This document shows, piece by piece, positions 62,166 to 64,000 of a stretch of DNA of 64,000 nt. The translations under genes and the position numbers were made by a program. The stretch's first letter is position 1; each line of letters begins with the position of its first letter. The DNA is from Piscinibacter sp. Its GTDB lineage: Bacteria > Pseudomonadota > Gammaproteobacteria > Burkholderiales > Burkholderiaceae_C. The notes under the pieces are model-generated. The model searched no databases. It had not been told where the DNA came from and was given only the letters and a program-made list of their open reading frames with translations. The DNA is taken from assembly GCF_016706565.1 (NCBI RefSeq), contig NZ_JADJJI010000005.1, one strand, 5' to 3'.

Positions 62166-62609
62166 TCAGCGCACCGACAGGCGCGTGGTCTTCGGCGCGT
62201 CCTTCTTCGGCAGCGTCAGCGTCAGCACACCGTCCTCGAACTTCGCGTCGGCCGAACCGGAATCCACCGCCTGCGGCAACTCGAAGGAGCGTGCGTAAGA
62301 CTCGTAGCTGCGCTCGGTATAGAGCACCCGCTCGCCGGCCTTGCGCTCGATCTGGTTGTTGACCTTGGCCGAGATCGAGACATAGGCGCCGTCGATGTCG
62401 ATGGCGATGTCTTCCTTCTTCGCGCCGGGCAGTTCGGCACGCACTTCGTAGTTGCCGTTGCGCTCGGTCACGTCGAGACGTGCGCGCGACACGAGCGACT
62501 GTGCGCCGCGGTTGCCGGCCCAGTCGGAGAACAGCGCGTCGACGAGGCTGAACGGGTCGCGAGAGGCAGGCGTGAGCTGCGAAGCGGGGCGTTGCAGGGC
62601 AGAGAACAT
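62166..62609 (-). CDS. Hsp20/alpha-crystallin family small heat-shock protein
   Basis: Alpha-crystallin core (DVTERNGNYEVRAELPGAKKEDIAIDIDG…FELPQAVD…AKFEDGVLTLTLPK). AGGAGG RBS. ATG at 62609 lies within ORF 62166-62687. Confidence 0.9.
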   Translation of the reverse strand: MFSALQRPASQLTPASRDPFSLVDALFSDWAGNRGAQSLVSRARLDVTERNGNYEVRAELPGAKKEDIAIDIDGAYVSISAKVNNQIERKAGERVLYTERSYESYARSFELPQAVDSGSADAKFEDGVLTLTLPKKDAPKTTRLSVR

Positions 62610-62659
62610 GGTGAACCTCCTGGGTTGAACCGGGCGGCCACGTGCCACCCATGCACAGG

Positions 62660-62688
62660 AGATAGGGCGTGAGCTGCCTCGCTTCAAG
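62660..62688 (-). promoter_or_regulatory. Sigma-32 (RpoH)-type promoter candidate for hsp20
   Basis: On the minus strand: CTCTTGAAG, 14-15 nt spacer, CCCTATCT. The consensus is CTTGAA…CCCCATnT. It lies about 45 nt upstream of the hsp20 ATG. Confidence 0.5.
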
Positions 62689-62738
62689 AGGGCCGCGACA
62701 TTCGACTGCGCCAGCTCAATAAACCACCGAACGACCTG

Positions 62739-64000
62739 CTACTCGTCGTCCTTCAGCTTGTACTGGCTGGCCAGTTGCGCCTGCAGGGTCGGTGGCACCG
62801 GCTCGTAGTGGCTCGGAGCCAGCGTGTAGCGCCCCTGGCCGCCGGTCATGCCGTTCAGCCGCGCCTGGTAGCCGTTCAACTCCGACAGCGGCACCTGACC
62901 GTTGACGACGATCGAGCCGCCCGTGAGCGACTGCGTGCCGCTGACCTGCCCGCGCTTGGCCGACAGGTCGCCGGTGATGTCGCCCATCGCATGCTCGGGG
63001 GCGGCGATCTCGACCTTGACGATGGGCTCCAGCACGATCGGCTTCGCCTTCAGCACCGCGTCGATGAAGGCCTTGCGGCCGGCGGTGGCGAAGGCGATGT
63101 CCTTCGAGTCGACGCTGTGCGACTTGCCGTCGTAGACGATCACGCGCACGTCCTTGACCGGGTAGCCGGCCACCACGCCGGCGTCGAGCGCCAGGCGCAC
63201 ACCTTTCTCGACCGCGGGGATGAACTGCGTCGGGATGGTGCCGCCCTTGACCTGGTCGACGAACTCGAAGCCGGCGCCGCGCGGCAGCGGCTCGATCTTC
63301 AGGAAGACCTCACCGAACTGCCCGGCGCCGCCGCTCTGCTTCTTGTGCCGGTGGTGGCCTTCGGCCGGCGCGGTGATGGTCTCGCGGTAGGCGATGCGCG
63401 GCGGCCGCGTGCTCACCTCGCACTTGTAGACCTCGGTCATGCGTTCGAGCAGCGTGCGCAGGTGCAATTCGCCCAGGCCGTAGACCACGGTCTCGTTGGT
63501 CACCGCGACATGCTCGACCTTCAGGCACGGATCCTCGTCGACCAGCTTCTGCAGGATTTCCCACATGCGCTGCTCGTCGCCACGGCGCTTGGGCTCGATT
63601 GCCAGGCCGTGCACCGGCACCGGGAAAGGCAGCGGCTTGAGATGCAGGTGGTCGTCTTCGGCCGCATCGTGCAGCACCGCATCGAAATGCATCTCGTCGA
63701 CCTTGGCCACCGCGCAGATGTCGCCCGGCAAGCCACAGGGCACCTCGACATGCTCCTTGCCCTGCAGCATGAACAGGTGGCCGACCTTGAAGGGCTTGCG
63801 GCCGTCGCCGATGTAGAGCTGGCTGTCCTTGGTGACGGTGCCCTGGTGGATGCGGAAGATGCCCATGCGGCCGACGTACGGGTCCACCGTCACCTTGAAG
63901 ACGTGGGCGATGACGTGCTTGGCCGGGTCGGGGTCGGCATGCAGTTCCTTGGCCTGTTCCCCTTCGCCCTCGTAGAACTGCGGCGGATTGCCTTCGCCCG
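62739..64000 (-). CDS. Elongation factor G family GTPase (5' end beyond window)
   Basis: Domains II-V of EF-G (FKVTVDPYVGRMGIFRIHQG…, HRHKKQSGGAGQFG, GDLSAKRGQV). The frame stays open from 63894 to the window edge. Confidence 0.9.
   Translation of the reverse strand, partial: GEGNPPQFYEGEGEQAKELHADPDPAKHVIAHVFKVTVDPYVGRMGIFRIHQGTVTKDSQLYIGDGRKPFKVGHLFMLQGKEHVEVPCGLPGDICAVAKVDEMHFDAVLHDAAEDDHLHLKPLPFPVPVHGLAIEPKRRGDEQRMWEILQKLVDEDPCLKVEHVAVTNETVVYGLGELHLRTLLERMTEVYKCEVSTRPPRIAYRETITAPAEGHHRHKKQSGGAGQFGEVFLKIEPLPRGAGFEFVDQVKGGTIPTQFIPAVEKGVRLALDAGVVAGYPVKDVRVIVYDGKSHSVDSKDIAFATAGRKAFIDAVLKAKPIVLEPIVKVEIAAPEHAMGDITGDLSAKRGQVSGTQSLTGGSIVVNGQVPLSELNGYQARLNGMTGGQGRYTLAPSHYEPVPPTLQAQLASQYKLKDDE

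Overview
High-GC (about 70%) betaproteobacterial chromosome. The 16S rRNA looks like Burkholerialesand Comamonadaceae-like, but no genus can be assigned without a database search. The window is almost entirely core housekeeping DNA. In order it carries: a fatty-acid hydroxylase, an IclR regulator and a Liv-type ABC importer; ruvB; a six-gene copper-acquisition operon; ruvA; a LuxR/7TMR-DISM two-component pair; phoH-ybeY; an EamA transporter and CorA; hemB/hemJ; the dacC-dat-ybeD-lipB-lipA block, where lipB is broken by a 1-nt frameshift; a CoA-transferase, a lipoprotein and an MFS transporter; a permease-less PTS (EIIA-Man/HPr/EI); a complete rrn operon (16S, tRNA-Ile, tRNA-Ala, 23S, 5S) with tandem promoters; a lower-GC MBL-hydrolase/fadD pair; a GMC-oxidoreductase cluster; phhA-hppD with an Lrp regulator; aqpZ; an HDOD gene; an NMT1-type ABC importer coupled to DUF2855; an aldo/keto reductase; purT; hsp20 with a sigma-32-like promoter; and the 3' part of an EF-G gene. 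I saw no transposase, integrase, CRISPR array or recognisable defence system. Four loci seem most worth a second look. (1) A small unannotatable module at 59.0-60.4 kb: a putative HTH gene, an 11-mer shared by two promoter-like sites, a roughly 280-nt GC-rich leader, and two small arginine-rich proteins. (2) The copper operon that splits ruvA from ruvB. (3) The Cys/His-decorated beta-propeller inside that operon. (4) The lipB frameshift. All family calls come from motif recognition by eye, and no searches were run.
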